Shown: positions 21,270 to 30,074 of the stretch, one piece after another
How the letters are laid out: each line of letters opens with the position of its first letter
How positions within the stretch are numbered: the stretch's first letter is position 1
Source: an uncultured Desulfobacteraceae bacterium
GTDB lineage: Bacteria > Desulfobacterota > Desulfobacteria > Desulfobacterales > JAABSP01
Direction: 5' to 3'
DNA: 32,523 nt
Assembly: GCA_964633575.1 (NCBI GenBank)
Contig: CAZWGY010000003.1
Location: forward strand, 1 to 32,523
Made by a program: the position numbers and the translations under genes
The notes under the pieces: generated by a model
Databases searched by the model: none
What the model was told of the DNA's origin: nothing
What the model saw: only the letters and a program-made list of their open reading frames with translations

Positions 21270-21790
21270 CCGGGACCGACGGAGAAGGGAGCGGACTCGC
21301 TCCGGGCTTTACGCTCATCGAGCTGGTGGTGGTGATTTCATTGATCAGCGTGATGCTGGCCTTCTCCCTGCCTCGATTCAGCCAGTCTCTGGCGGTGGAC
21401 CAGGGGCGGAAGCTCTCCAGATGGATCATGCATAAATCCCAAGGCATTAAAGAATCCGCTGTGAAGGAACGGCGGATTTACACGCTCCATATCGGACTGG
21501 ATACGGGCCGGCTATGGGTCACCCATGAGGGCATGGACGAAGAGACCTTGCTGGAAGCCGAGGACAAAGGGTACCCCCTGCCGGACGGTTATCGGGTGGT
21601 GGACGTTGAATACCCCCGTCGGGGACGGGTATCGGTGGGGACGGCCGAAATTCGGTATTACCCGGAAGGCTACTCCGACAAAGCCCTGATCCACGTCCAG
21701 GACGATGATTACGAGACCCTCTCCTTCCTCATCGAGCCCTTTATGAGCCGGGTCCGCCGATTCGAGGAGCATGTCGGGTTTGATGGGTAA
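21254..21790 (+). CDS. gspH: Minor pseudopilin GspH
   Basis: 178 aa. 'PG|[16 protein letters not shown]' prepilin N-terminus. Assigned by position after gspG and by size. TTG 21254 is the only start codon before the motif, and it overlaps gspG by 16 nt. Confidence 0.7.
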   Translation: MGHRLTGTDGEGSGLAPGFTLIELVVVISLISVMLAFSLPRFSQSLAVDQGRKLSRWIMHKSQGIKESAVKERRIYTLHIGLDTGRLWVTHEGMDEETLLEAEDKGYPLPDGYRVVDVEYPRRGRVSVGTAEIRYYPEGYSDKALIHVQDDDYETLSFLIEPFMSRVRRFEEHVGFDG

Positions 21791-22172
21791 ACGCCGATCG
21801 CCCGCCGGATTTACCCTGCTGGAGGTGATGGTGGCGGTGGCCGTTATCGCCATCGCCCTGGTGGCGGTCTTCCAGCTCCACGCCCAGACCGTATCCATGG
21901 GGAGCGTCGCCCGGTTTTACGCCACCGCCCCGATGCTGGCTCAGGCCCGCATCTCCGAGATCGAGACCGCCGAGCCCGGGGATTTCCGAAATGATTCCGG
22001 CGACTTCGGAAACGACTTTGCCGGATACGTCTGGACCAGCACCGTCGAGGACATCGAGTCGGAGGTCCTGGGTAGAGGGGCCGAAGCCCTGAAGCGCATC
22101 GAGATCACCGTCGAACACGAGGGCGAGGGTCTCCGGTATCAATTCCGGACCTACCGGATGCTCCCCGAGTAA
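21771..22172 (+). CDS. gspI: Minor pseudopilin GspI
   Basis: 133 aa. 'AG|FTLLEVMVAVAVIAIAL'. Size and position typical of GspI. An alternative ATG at 21783 would give the short basic leader 'MGKRRSPAG'. Confidence 0.75.
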   Translation: MSGLMGKRRSPAGFTLLEVMVAVAVIAIALVAVFQLHAQTVSMGSVARFYATAPMLAQARISEIETAEPGDFRNDSGDFGNDFAGYVWTSTVEDIESEVLGRGAEALKRIEITVEHEGEGLRYQFRTYRMLPE

Positions 22173-22177
22173 ACCCA

Positions 22178-22891
22178 ATGCCCTCAACTCCCACACACCA
22201 TAGATCATCGGGGATGACCCTTCTGGAGATCCTGCTGGCGATGCTGATCTTTTCCATCGTCATCACCACGATCTTCGGTTCATACAACGCGGTATTTTCC
22301 ACCGTCGATGTGCTGAAGGAGGACACGGCCCGCTATGAAATGGGACGGGAGAGCCTCCAGCGGATGAGCGCCGATCTCCAGAGCATCCACATCACTCCGG
22401 AGTTGGGGTATGCCCCCCCGGAATTTAACGATCCACCGGACCCGCACCGGTTCATCGGGGAATCGAGCTACACCGCCGGCGGCAGCTTCGCCCGTCTCCG
22501 ATTCACATCGTTTGCCCATCTGCCCATTGGCGAAATCCACCGGACGGCGGGCATAGCTGAGATCGTCTATTACGTTACGGTGGATGATGACGGCCAGGCC
22601 ATCCTCAGACGGGCTGATTCCCTTTTTCCCCTCTATCGGTATAACGACGGCAATCGATTCGAGGAGGACCCGGCGGACCCGGTACTCTGTGAAGATGTCC
22701 GCGGGTTTTCCATTGTCTATTTCGATGACAAGGCGACGGAGCACGAGGTCTGGCGATCGGAGGACGAGCAATTCGGATACGCCACCCCCCGGTCTCTCAA
22801 AATCCGTCTTGAAATCGGCGATGACCAGGCTTTTCTCCCCTTTGAAACCGTGGTAGCCTTGCCCGCATATCGGGAGCCGAAGGAGGATTGA
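22178..22891 (+). CDS. gspJ: Minor pseudopilin GspJ
   Basis: 237 aa. 'SSG|MTLLEILLAMLIFSIV' with Glu at +5. Size and position typical of GspJ. Confidence 0.75.
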   Translation: MPSTPTHHRSSGMTLLEILLAMLIFSIVITTIFGSYNAVFSTVDVLKEDTARYEMGRESLQRMSADLQSIHITPELGYAPPEFNDPPDPHRFIGESSYTAGGSFARLRFTSFAHLPIGEIHRTAGIAEIVYYVTVDDDGQAILRRADSLFPLYRYNDGNRFEEDPADPVLCEDVRGFSIVYFDDKATEHEVWRSEDEQFGYATPRSLKIRLEIGDDQAFLPFETVVALPAYREPKED

Positions 22892-24006
22892 TCAACGACG
22901 TGATACCCCTGACGCCCCTTCAAAACGACCGGGGAATGGCCCTGCTGATCACGCTGACCATCCTGACGGTGCTGATCACCACTACCCTGGCTCTCAACCG
23001 GCAGATGCGCGGGACCGTGATGGCCATCGCCACCGCCCGGGACCGGCTCACCCTGACCCAGATGGCCGCCGGGGGTATCCACACGGCCATGGCCATGCTG
23101 GTGGAAGACCGATACGAAACCCGGATCGACTCGGTCCAGGAAGACTGGGCCAACGCCGACAAGGTCAACGAGGCCCTGGCGGATGCGCCCCTTTCCGAGG
23201 GCAAGGTCTCCGTGGAAATCCGGGATGAGCTGGGGTTGATTCAGGTCAACGCCCTTGTAAACTTTCCCAAGGGCCAGTACGTCAAAGGAGTGGAAAACGA
23301 TGCCCAGTATGCCATGTGGCTGCGATTGCTGACCCTGTTGAAGGCCAACCACGAATCCTTCGACGAGCTGGAGACCGCCGCCGTTGTCGATTCGATTGTC
23401 GACTGGCTCGACTCCGGAGACGACGACCGGACCTTCGGGATTAACAGCGCGGAGGCCGATTACTATAAGAGCCTCGACCCCCCGTATGAGCCCCGGAACG
23501 GTCCCATCCCCCACGTAAGCGACCTCCTACGGATCAAGGGGATAACGCGGCCCCTGTACGAGGGGATCGAAGAATTTCCGGGAATGGCCGACTTCGTCAC
23601 TCCCTACGGCATGGAAAAAGCGAATCAAAAGGAGGGCCGCCGGGACTTCACGTTTTCGGGGCGGATCAACATCAATACGGCGCCGTTGCCGGTTATCGTG
23701 GGGCTGCTGCCCGGCGACGTCAACCTGGAATACGCCCAACTGATCCACGACTATCGCGTCGAAAAGGACGGGGACGTTTACATACACGACCTTTCCAGCC
23801 CGACCTGGTACCAGTCCGTGCCCGGCGTCCCGGGGGATCTGCGGATCGAGCCCCGGTTGATCACCACATCCAGCGACGTTTTCCGGATCGAGTCCACGGC
23901 CACGCTCCGGCAGGACGAGGCCAGTATCACCGCGGTGATCCGCCGGGAAAAGGACCCGGAAACCGGGAAATGGACCTGTCGGGTCCTGCGCTGGGAAACG
24001 GGATGA
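22888..24006 (+). CDS. gspK: Minor pseudopilin GspK
   Basis: 372 aa. 'RG|MALLITLTILTVL' lacks Glu+5, as GspK does. Also 'VSVEIRDE.G.I.VN' and a helix-hairpin-helix-like 'INTAPLPVIVGL'. The start is TTG 22888 (TTGA overlap with gspJ) or GTG 22900. Confidence 0.8.
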   Translation: MINDVIPLTPLQNDRGMALLITLTILTVLITTTLALNRQMRGTVMAIATARDRLTLTQMAAGGIHTAMAMLVEDRYETRIDSVQEDWANADKVNEALADAPLSEGKVSVEIRDELGLIQVNALVNFPKGQYVKGVENDAQYAMWLRLLTLLKANHESFDELETAAVVDSIVDWLDSGDDDRTFGINSAEADYYKSLDPPYEPRNGPIPHVSDLLRIKGITRPLYEGIEEFPGMADFVTPYGMEKANQKEGRRDFTFSGRININTAPLPVIVGLLPGDVNLEYAQLIHDYRVEKDGDVYIHDLSSPTWYQSVPGVPGDLRIEPRLITTSSDVFRIESTATLRQDEASITAVIRREKDPETGKWTCRVLRWETG

Positions 24007-24031
24007 TCCGAATCGACGACACGAAGGACCT

Positions 24032-25492
24032 ATGAGCAGACAGATTATCGGAATCGACATCCGGGAGGACAGTCTTTCCTGCCTCTCCTTGAGGACGGGA
24101 TTTCACGGCAACTGGATCGATGGCTTTGTCCATCTGCCAATCTCCAAAGCCGAGGGTGATGACGGCCTCTCCCTGGAGGATGCCCTGGATCAGGTGACCG
24201 AGGCCATCGACACCGCCGGAGCTATATGCGTGGCCTCGATCCCGCCGGACCGGATTTCTTACCGGAGCCTTCAAGTGCCGTTCCGGGATGCCAAGAAGAT
24301 CCGGCAGATCATCCCTTTCGAGCTTGAGTCCACCCTGCCGATGCCCATCGAGGAGATGGCCATCGATTTTCAGATCATCGACCTCCCCTCTCTTTCGGAG
24401 GGCACGGGCCTGATTGCCGGAGCCGTCACCCATGGCGCCATCCGCCACTATCTCAACCGGCTCAAGACGGTCCGGCTGGATCCGGAGGTCCTCACCGTCG
24501 CGGGCTATGCCACGGTCCTGTCCCTCGCCCGGATCGCCGACGTCCCGGAGAACTGGCTCTATCTCGATCTGGATCACCGGAAATGCTCGCTCTTTCTCCT
24601 GATGTCCGGCCAGGTCTGCCTGGCCCGGTCACTACCCATCGCCCTTCTGGGCAAGGGGCGAGTGGAGTCGGTCTGCACTCACATCCAACGAACTTTGGCC
24701 GCGTTCGCCGACGGTCACGATCCCGACTATCAACCCGAGGAGATCCATGTCTCCGGCTACGGCCTGGGGGACAGCGACTTTGAGCAGCGGGCCCAGCGGA
24801 TTCTGGGGCTGCCGGTGAAACGCGCCGATCTCCTCCGGGACGCCGGACTTCTGAAAAAAGCCCGGCCATCCGCTTCGCTGGGCGAGCCAAAACCGGAAAT
24901 GGACCACGCCCTGGCGCTGACCCTTGTCCCGGTGGAAGGCACCCAGCCACTCAATTTCCGGCGGGGGCCGTTCGCATCGACCCGGCCGTGGGACGCCTAT
25001 CGAGGGCCGATCATCCGGACCGCCCTGATGGTCGGCCTGGTCCTCGTCGCCCTGCTGGCCAACGTCATCATCGAGGCATCGGCCACCAAACAGAAGCTCG
25101 CCGCCGTCGATCGGGAAATCCACCAGATCATCCGGACAACCTTCCCGGAAATGGAGCGGATCGTGGATCCGCTCCATCAGATGCAGCTTGCCATGGCCGA
25201 GCTTCAGGACGCCGCCGTAACCCCGGGACAGGACCGGAAAGAGGTCCGGACCATTGATATTCTCAATGAAATCAGCCGACGGATCCCCGACACCATCGAC
25301 GTGGAGCTGACCCGGATGGTCATCGGCGACAACAGCGTCCTTATATCCGGAGATACCGACACGTTCAACGCCGTGGATGCCGTCCAGAGCCGCCTGTCGG
25401 AATCGGAGCGCTTTCAGAAGGTGACCATCAGCTCGACCAACAAAGAGCGAAACGGGGACCGGATTCAGTTCAAAATGAGGATCGAGCTATGA
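24032..25492 (+). CDS. gspL: T2SS assembly protein GspL (PilM-like cytoplasmic domain, one TM, periplasmic domain)
   Basis: 486 aa. N-terminus 'IIGIDIREDSL' is actin-like/PilM-like, a single TM follows ('IIRTALMVGLVLVALLANVII'), then a ferredoxin-like C-terminal region. Sits between gspK and gspM. Confidence 0.72.
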   Translation: MSRQIIGIDIREDSLSCLSLRTGFHGNWIDGFVHLPISKAEGDDGLSLEDALDQVTEAIDTAGAICVASIPPDRISYRSLQVPFRDAKKIRQIIPFELESTLPMPIEEMAIDFQIIDLPSLSEGTGLIAGAVTHGAIRHYLNRLKTVRLDPEVLTVAGYATVLSLARIADVPENWLYLDLDHRKCSLFLLMSGQVCLARSLPIALLGKGRVESVCTHIQRTLAAFADGHDPDYQPEEIHVSGYGLGDSDFEQRAQRILGLPVKRADLLRDAGLLKKARPSASLGEPKPEMDHALALTLVPVEGTQPLNFRRGPFASTRPWDAYRGPIIRTALMVGLVLVALLANVIIEASATKQKLAAVDREIHQIIRTTFPEMERIVDPLHQMQLAMAELQDAAVTPGQDRKEVRTIDILNEISRRIPDTIDVELTRMVIGDNSVLISGDTDTFNAVDAVQSRLSESERFQKVTISSTNKERNGDRIQFKMRIEL

Positions 25493-26013
25493 TGAAGCTT
25501 TCCCGACGCGAGCGGTACGCGGTAGCCCTCGGTGGAATCGTCCTGGCCGGCTTTCTGGTCATCAAACTGATCGTCATGCCGTATCTCGACAGCCGTCAGC
25601 AGCTCCAACGGACTCTCCAATCCAAAACCGAAACCATGGAAGAGATGATCGCCCTGAAGGCTCAGGTCGAGCGTCTCCGGAATCAAGCCGAACAGGTCAA
25701 GGAACAGTTTGCCAACCGGCCGCCCGGATTCAAGCTCTATTCCTTTCTCGACAACCTTGCCGGGCGGGCGGAAATTAAAAGATATATCAGCTACATCAAG
25801 CCATCCAACGTCGATGACAAGGACAGTCCGTATCAGATCTCGATGGTGGAGATGAAGCTTCAGGGAATCACTCTCAAACAGCTCATCCCGTATTTGCACA
25901 TGGTGGAAACCTCGGACAACGTCGTCTTCATCCGTCGGATGTCCATTACCAAAACCGGCAAGGACAAAGAGGTCATCGACGCCATCTTGCAGGTGGAAAC
26001 CTACGATATCTAA
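25489..26013 (+). CDS. gspM: T2SS protein GspM
   Basis: 174 aa. 'LSRRERYAVALGGIVLAGFLVIKLIV' N-terminal TM preceded by the RE motif typical of GspM. ATGA overlap with gspL. Confidence 0.7.
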   Translation: MMKLSRRERYAVALGGIVLAGFLVIKLIVMPYLDSRQQLQRTLQSKTETMEEMIALKAQVERLRNQAEQVKEQFANRPPGFKLYSFLDNLAGRAEIKRYISYIKPSNVDDKDSPYQISMVEMKLQGITLKQLIPYLHMVETSDNVVFIRRMSITKTGKDKEVIDAILQVETYDI

Positions 26014-26040
26014 AAGCCGGGACCACGGAACAAGGCCCAC

Positions 26041-26919
26041 ATGAAACGAGCCACGACAATTATTTTTTACGCTCTCTACATCCTGGGGATAACCGGGATT
26101 TTTGCCTATATCCTCTTCCCTTCGGAAACCGTTGAGCAGTATCTCGCCCGGCGGGTCCAGCAGGAGCGCCCCGACCTGACCCTGGAGGTGGACCGCATCC
26201 GCCCGGATTTTCCGCCGGGCCTTCGCCTTGATGCCCCCCGAATCTTCAAGCGGGGCGTCCGTCCGCCCGTCCTGTCGGCCACTACCCTGCGGGTGCATCC
26301 GCGCATCCGGACCCTGTTGAGCGATTCCCCCTCGTTTGCCTTCAAAGGGGATGTTTACGGCGGCGAGCTGACCGGAAACGCCACCGTGAAAACGGAAGGC
26401 GGAGCCCGGACACTCACTCAGCTCGTGGCCTCCCTTTCAGCCCTGAAAGTCGAAACCGTCGAACCGTTGCAGCGGCGGATTCCCCAATCTCAGATCGAGG
26501 GCACGGTCAACGCCGCTTTGACCTACCGCCGGGACGAGGACGGCACGGAGACGGCCGAAGGAGGGCTCAACGCCTCCGATATCCGGCTAAAGGTGACCAC
26601 GCCGCTCATCGACATCGGCACCCTTACCTTTCAGCGGATCACGGCCCGGATGACCATGGATAAGAACCACCGGATTCGTATCGAGGAGTGCCAATTGGCC
26701 GGCGCCCAGATGAACGGCGAGCTGACCGGTGATATCACCTTGAAAACCCCGCCGGAAAGCAGCGTCCTCAATCTCTCGGGAAAAGTCACCCCGCATCCAT
26801 CCTTTGTGGCCGACCTGGGCCAGGCGGCGACAATGTTGCTTAAAAGCCGGGGCGGGTCGAGCGACTTGGCTTTCCGAATCCGGGGAACCCTTGAAAACCC
26901 CGCTTTCTCCATGCTATAG
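26041..26919 (+). CDS. gspN: T2SS protein GspN-like
   Basis: 292 aa with an N-terminal TM anchor and a beta-rich periplasmic region. Assigned mainly by position after gspM and by size, so this is the least certain call in the operon. Confidence 0.55.
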   Translation: MKRATTIIFYALYILGITGIFAYILFPSETVEQYLARRVQQERPDLTLEVDRIRPDFPPGLRLDAPRIFKRGVRPPVLSATTLRVHPRIRTLLSDSPSFAFKGDVYGGELTGNATVKTEGGARTLTQLVASLSALKVETVEPLQRRIPQSQIEGTVNAALTYRRDEDGTETAEGGLNASDIRLKVTTPLIDIGTLTFQRITARMTMDKNHRIRIEECQLAGAQMNGELTGDITLKTPPESSVLNLSGKVTPHPSFVADLGQAATMLLKSRGGSSDLAFRIRGTLENPAFSML

Positions 26920-27076
26920 GGTTTCGGACAAAGGTTTGGGTTGTGTTATCGGTCGAAGATATACTGGTCGGGTATTGTCTTATCCCCATTGCCTACTCCA
27001 ATCCCGCCAAGGCGGGGTTTAACGTCACCATAGACCTTTGGGCCGGCCCCATTGAATTGATAAGGGATATCTTGCA

Positions 27077-27961
27077 ATGAAACGATATTTCACCCTGGTC
27101 AACCTGATTCTGTTGACCGTGGCGATCTACTTTGGCGTCACGGCTTTTTACCGTTACCTGGCAACCCAGATGGCGGCCGGGCCGTCTTTTACCCCACCAC
27201 CGGCCGCGGCCGACACGTCTTTCGACCAACAGCACCGCCCTCTGGCCAGTTATCAGCCCATCGCCGATCGAAATCTCTTCAAGACGGGTGAAAACAAGCC
27301 TCCGGAAGATGCTCCGAAAGCGGAAGAGCCTGAAACCGTCGAACCCCTCAAGCCCACCGAGCTCAACCTCAAGCTCTGGGGGACCGTCTCCGGGGACGCG
27401 CCCCGGGCCTATGCCGTCATCGAAGACCCCAAGGAACGGCGGCAGAACCTCTACCGGGTCGGCGACACCATCCAGAACGCCTCGGTCCGGGAGATCCTCC
27501 GGGAAAAGGTGATCCTTGTCGTCGATGGCAAGCGGGAGGTGCTGGAGATGGAAAAGCGGGATATATCCCAAGCCCGTGGGCCGTCGCCTCGACCGTCCAA
27601 CCCCATCCAGCGGCTGGCCTCAGCCAATCCGTCCGGCCAACGGGATGACATCCGGATCGACCGGCAGGAAATCGACCAGGCCATCAACAATGTCAACAAC
27701 CTCATGCGGCAGGCCAAGATCCGGCCGCATTTTAAAAACGGAAAGCCGGACGGCCTGACGCTGACGCGGGTCCGCCCCAACTCCATCTTCACCAAGCTGG
27801 GGCTGCGAAGCGGAGACATCATCACCGGGGTGGACGGCCAGCAGATCCAGTCGGTCGACGACGCGCTCCGGTTCTACCGGAGCCTGAAATCCGGTTCCAA
27901 TGTCCAGGTCGAAGTCCGGCGACGGGGCCAGCCCCACGTTATCGACTACAATATCGAGTAG
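27077..27961 (+). CDS. gspC: T2SS protein GspC (HR domain plus PDZ domain)
   Basis: 294 aa. N-terminal TM, Pro-rich linker, homology-region motif 'LKLWGTVSGDAPRAYAVIED.....NLYRVGDTI..ASVREILREKVIL' and a C-terminal PDZ ('LGLRSGDIITGVDGQQIQSVDDAL'). Confidence 0.78.
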   Translation: MKRYFTLVNLILLTVAIYFGVTAFYRYLATQMAAGPSFTPPPAAADTSFDQQHRPLASYQPIADRNLFKTGENKPPEDAPKAEEPETVEPLKPTELNLKLWGTVSGDAPRAYAVIEDPKERRQNLYRVGDTIQNASVREILREKVILVVDGKREVLEMEKRDISQARGPSPRPSNPIQRLASANPSGQRDDIRIDRQEIDQAINNVNNLMRQAKIRPHFKNGKPDGLTLTRVRPNSIFTKLGLRSGDIITGVDGQQIQSVDDALRFYRSLKSGSNVQVEVRRRGQPHVIDYNIE

Positions 27962-28058
27962 GGACGATCCAGCCGACCGGATTTTCCCCTTGACCTATCG
28001 GCATCATCAGCGCCGGCAACCGTCGGCCAACGGAAAGGGAGCGCAAACCATCCAGCCC

Positions 28059-30074
28059 ATGAAATCGAAAACCGGCATCCTCATCCTAATCGTCCTGATC
28101 GGCCTCGCGGCTGCCTTTCCGACCGCCGGCGAAGCCGCCGAGACGCCTCAACGTTACGTCTCCATCGACTTCAACGACGTGGACATCAACGTCTTTATCA
28201 AGTTCATCAGCGAGCTGACCGGGAAGAACTTCATCATCGACAACCGGGTCAAGGGGAAGGTCACCATCATTTCCCCGGGGAAGATCTCCGTGGACGAGGC
28301 CTATAAGGTATTCGAATCGGTCCTTGAGGTCCACGGGTTCACCACCGTCGAGTCCGGAGAGGTGATCAAGATCGTGTCTTCGCCGGAGGCCCGGACCAAA
28401 AGCATCGACACCATGCTCCGGGATGAGGCCCGGGACCCCGAGGACAAGGTGGTCACCCAGATCGTGCCTCTGCGCTACGCCGATCCCAACGAGATCACCC
28501 GGCTCTTCCGCCCGCTGATCTCCAAAAGCAGCGTGATTCTCCCCTACCAGCCCACCAATACCCTGATCATCACCGACGTCTATTCCAATATCAAGCGGCT
28601 ACTACGGATTCTCAAGGTCATCGACGTGACCGGGGTCGGCCAGGAAATTTCGGTAATCCCGCTGGAATACGGCGATGCCGCCACCATGGTGCGCCTTCTG
28701 ACCACGGTTTTCCAGCAGCAACAGCGCGGGAAAAAGACGGCCCCCACCGATATCAGCAAGTTCGTGGCCGACGAACGGACCAACAGCCTGGTGGTCCTCG
28801 CATCCGAAGACGACACCGCGCGGATCCGGGAGCTGGTCAGCCGCCTCGACCGGGAGATGCCCCGGGGCAAGGAAAAGATCCACGTTTACTATCTCGAAAA
28901 CGCCACCGCCGAGGAGCTGGCCACGGTGCTCCAGTCCCTGTCATCCGCGCCCAAGCCCACGGCGGCCAAAGGCAAAAAGGAAGCCCCCATCGTCTCGGAA
29001 AAGACGAACATCACCGCCGACAAGGCCACCAACAGCCTGATTATCATGGCCGAAAAGGACGACTATCTCGTCCTCGAAGACATCATCAAAAAGCTCGACA
29101 TTCCCCGGTCCATGGTTTACATCGAATGCCTGATCATGGAAGTCAACGTCAACAAGGGCTTTTCGCTGGGCACCGAATGGATCGCCATGGGGGACACCAC
29201 CTACCGGGACAGCGACGCGGCCTTTGGCGGCGGCTATACGGGCGGTGATACCGGCTTCGACAACGTCCGGGGGCTCATTAATCCCACCGGGGTCGGCCTT
29301 CTGCCACCGGGGTTTTCCCTCGGAATCTTTTCCGAGCCGCTTAAAATCGGAGATTTGACCTTTCCCAATCTGGCCGCCATCGTCCAGGCGTTTAAAAAGG
29401 ACAAGAACGTCCACATCCTCTCGACGCCCCAGATTCTGACCACCGACAACGAAGAAGCCAGCATTACCGTCGGAAAAAACGTTCCCTACCTGACCAAATC
29501 GGGTTCTTCCACGGTCGAATCCTACAACACCTACGAATACAAGGACGTCGGCATCACCCTCAAAATCACGCCTCAAATCAGCAAGGACCGGCTGATCCGC
29601 CTGAAAATCAACCAGGAGGTGACCCGGCTCGACCAGACGCTAACCACCGGCGATCGTCCATCCACCCTGAAGCGGACCATCGACACAACGGTGATCGTCC
29701 ACGACGAGAACACCATCGTCATCGGCGGCCTGATCGACGACAGCCTATCCACCACCGAATACCAGGTCCCCTGTCTGGGCGATGTCCCCGGGCTCGGATG
29801 GCTGTTCAAGTCACTGTCCAACTCCGCCGACAAAACCAACCTCTTCGTCTTCCTCACCCCTCACGTGATCCAGAAGCCCGAGGAGGCGGAGACGATTTAC
29901 CAGGAGAAAAAGGAAGAAATCGGCCAGATCGAATCAGACGGGATCAAGATGTACCGGAAAAATCTCGGGCCGATCCTGGAGCGGATGGACCCCATGACCA
30001 TCACCGACGAACTCGAGCCGCCTGATGAGGACACGCCGGAGACGGAGGCGGCGGAAACGCCCGACGCGCCATGA
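28059..30074 (+). CDS. gspD: T2SS outer-membrane secretin GspD
   Basis: Start set at ATG 28059, giving signal peptide 'MKSKTGILILIVLIGLAAAFPTAGEAA'. The track's 27900 start overlaps gspC. N0-N3 domain motifs ('VSIDFNDVDINVFIKFISELTGKNFIID', 'ITADKATNSLII') and secretin core ('TPQILTTDNEEASITVGKNVPY', 'VPCLGDVPGLGWLFK', 'NLFVFLTPHVI'). The roughly 70-aa C-terminal tail is acidic and Pro-rich. Confidence 0.93.
   Translation: MKSKTGILILIVLIGLAAAFPTAGEAAETPQRYVSIDFNDVDINVFIKFISELTGKNFIIDNRVKGKVTIISPGKISVDEAYKVFESVLEVHGFTTVESGEVIKIVSSPEARTKSIDTMLRDEARDPEDKVVTQIVPLRYADPNEITRLFRPLISKSSVILPYQPTNTLIITDVYSNIKRLLRILKVIDVTGVGQEISVIPLEYGDAATMVRLLTTVFQQQQRGKKTAPTDISKFVADERTNSLVVLASEDDTARIRELVSRLDREMPRGKEKIHVYYLENATAEELATVLQSLSSAPKPTAAKGKKEAPIVSEKTNITADKATNSLIIMAEKDDYLVLEDIIKKLDIPRSMVYIECLIMEVNVNKGFSLGTEWIAMGDTTYRDSDAAFGGGYTGGDTGFDNVRGLINPTGVGLLPPGFSLGIFSEPLKIGDLTFPNLAAIVQAFKKDKNVHILSTPQILTTDNEEASITVGKNVPYLTKSGSSTVESYNTYEYKDVGITLKITPQISKDRLIRLKINQEVTRLDQTLTTGDRPSTLKRTIDTTVIVHDENTIVIGGLIDDSLSTTEYQVPCLGDVPGLGWLFKSLSNSADKTNLFVFLTPHVIQKPEEAETIYQEKKEEIGQIESDGIKMYRKNLGPILERMDPMTITDELEPPDEDTPETEAAETPDAP

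Noticed and set aside
26920-27076. Possible sigma54 promoter or terminator in the 157-nt gspN-gspC gap ('CTGGTCGGGTATTGTC', and the hairpin CCCGCC-aa-GGCGGG at 27003-27016).
   Set aside because: The GG/GC spacing is off by one and the -12 element reads TGT rather than TGC. The hairpin has a very small loop and only a 3-nt T-run. There is not enough here to call a regulatory site.
27900-28058. Upstream extension of the gspD ORF starting at 27900 ('MSRSKSGDGASPT...').
   Set aside because: It overlaps the 3' end of gspC in another frame and precedes an obvious signal peptide that begins at ATG 28059. The same logic shortened gspG (20772 to 20802), glmU (4942 to 4897) and atpF (10543 to 10540).
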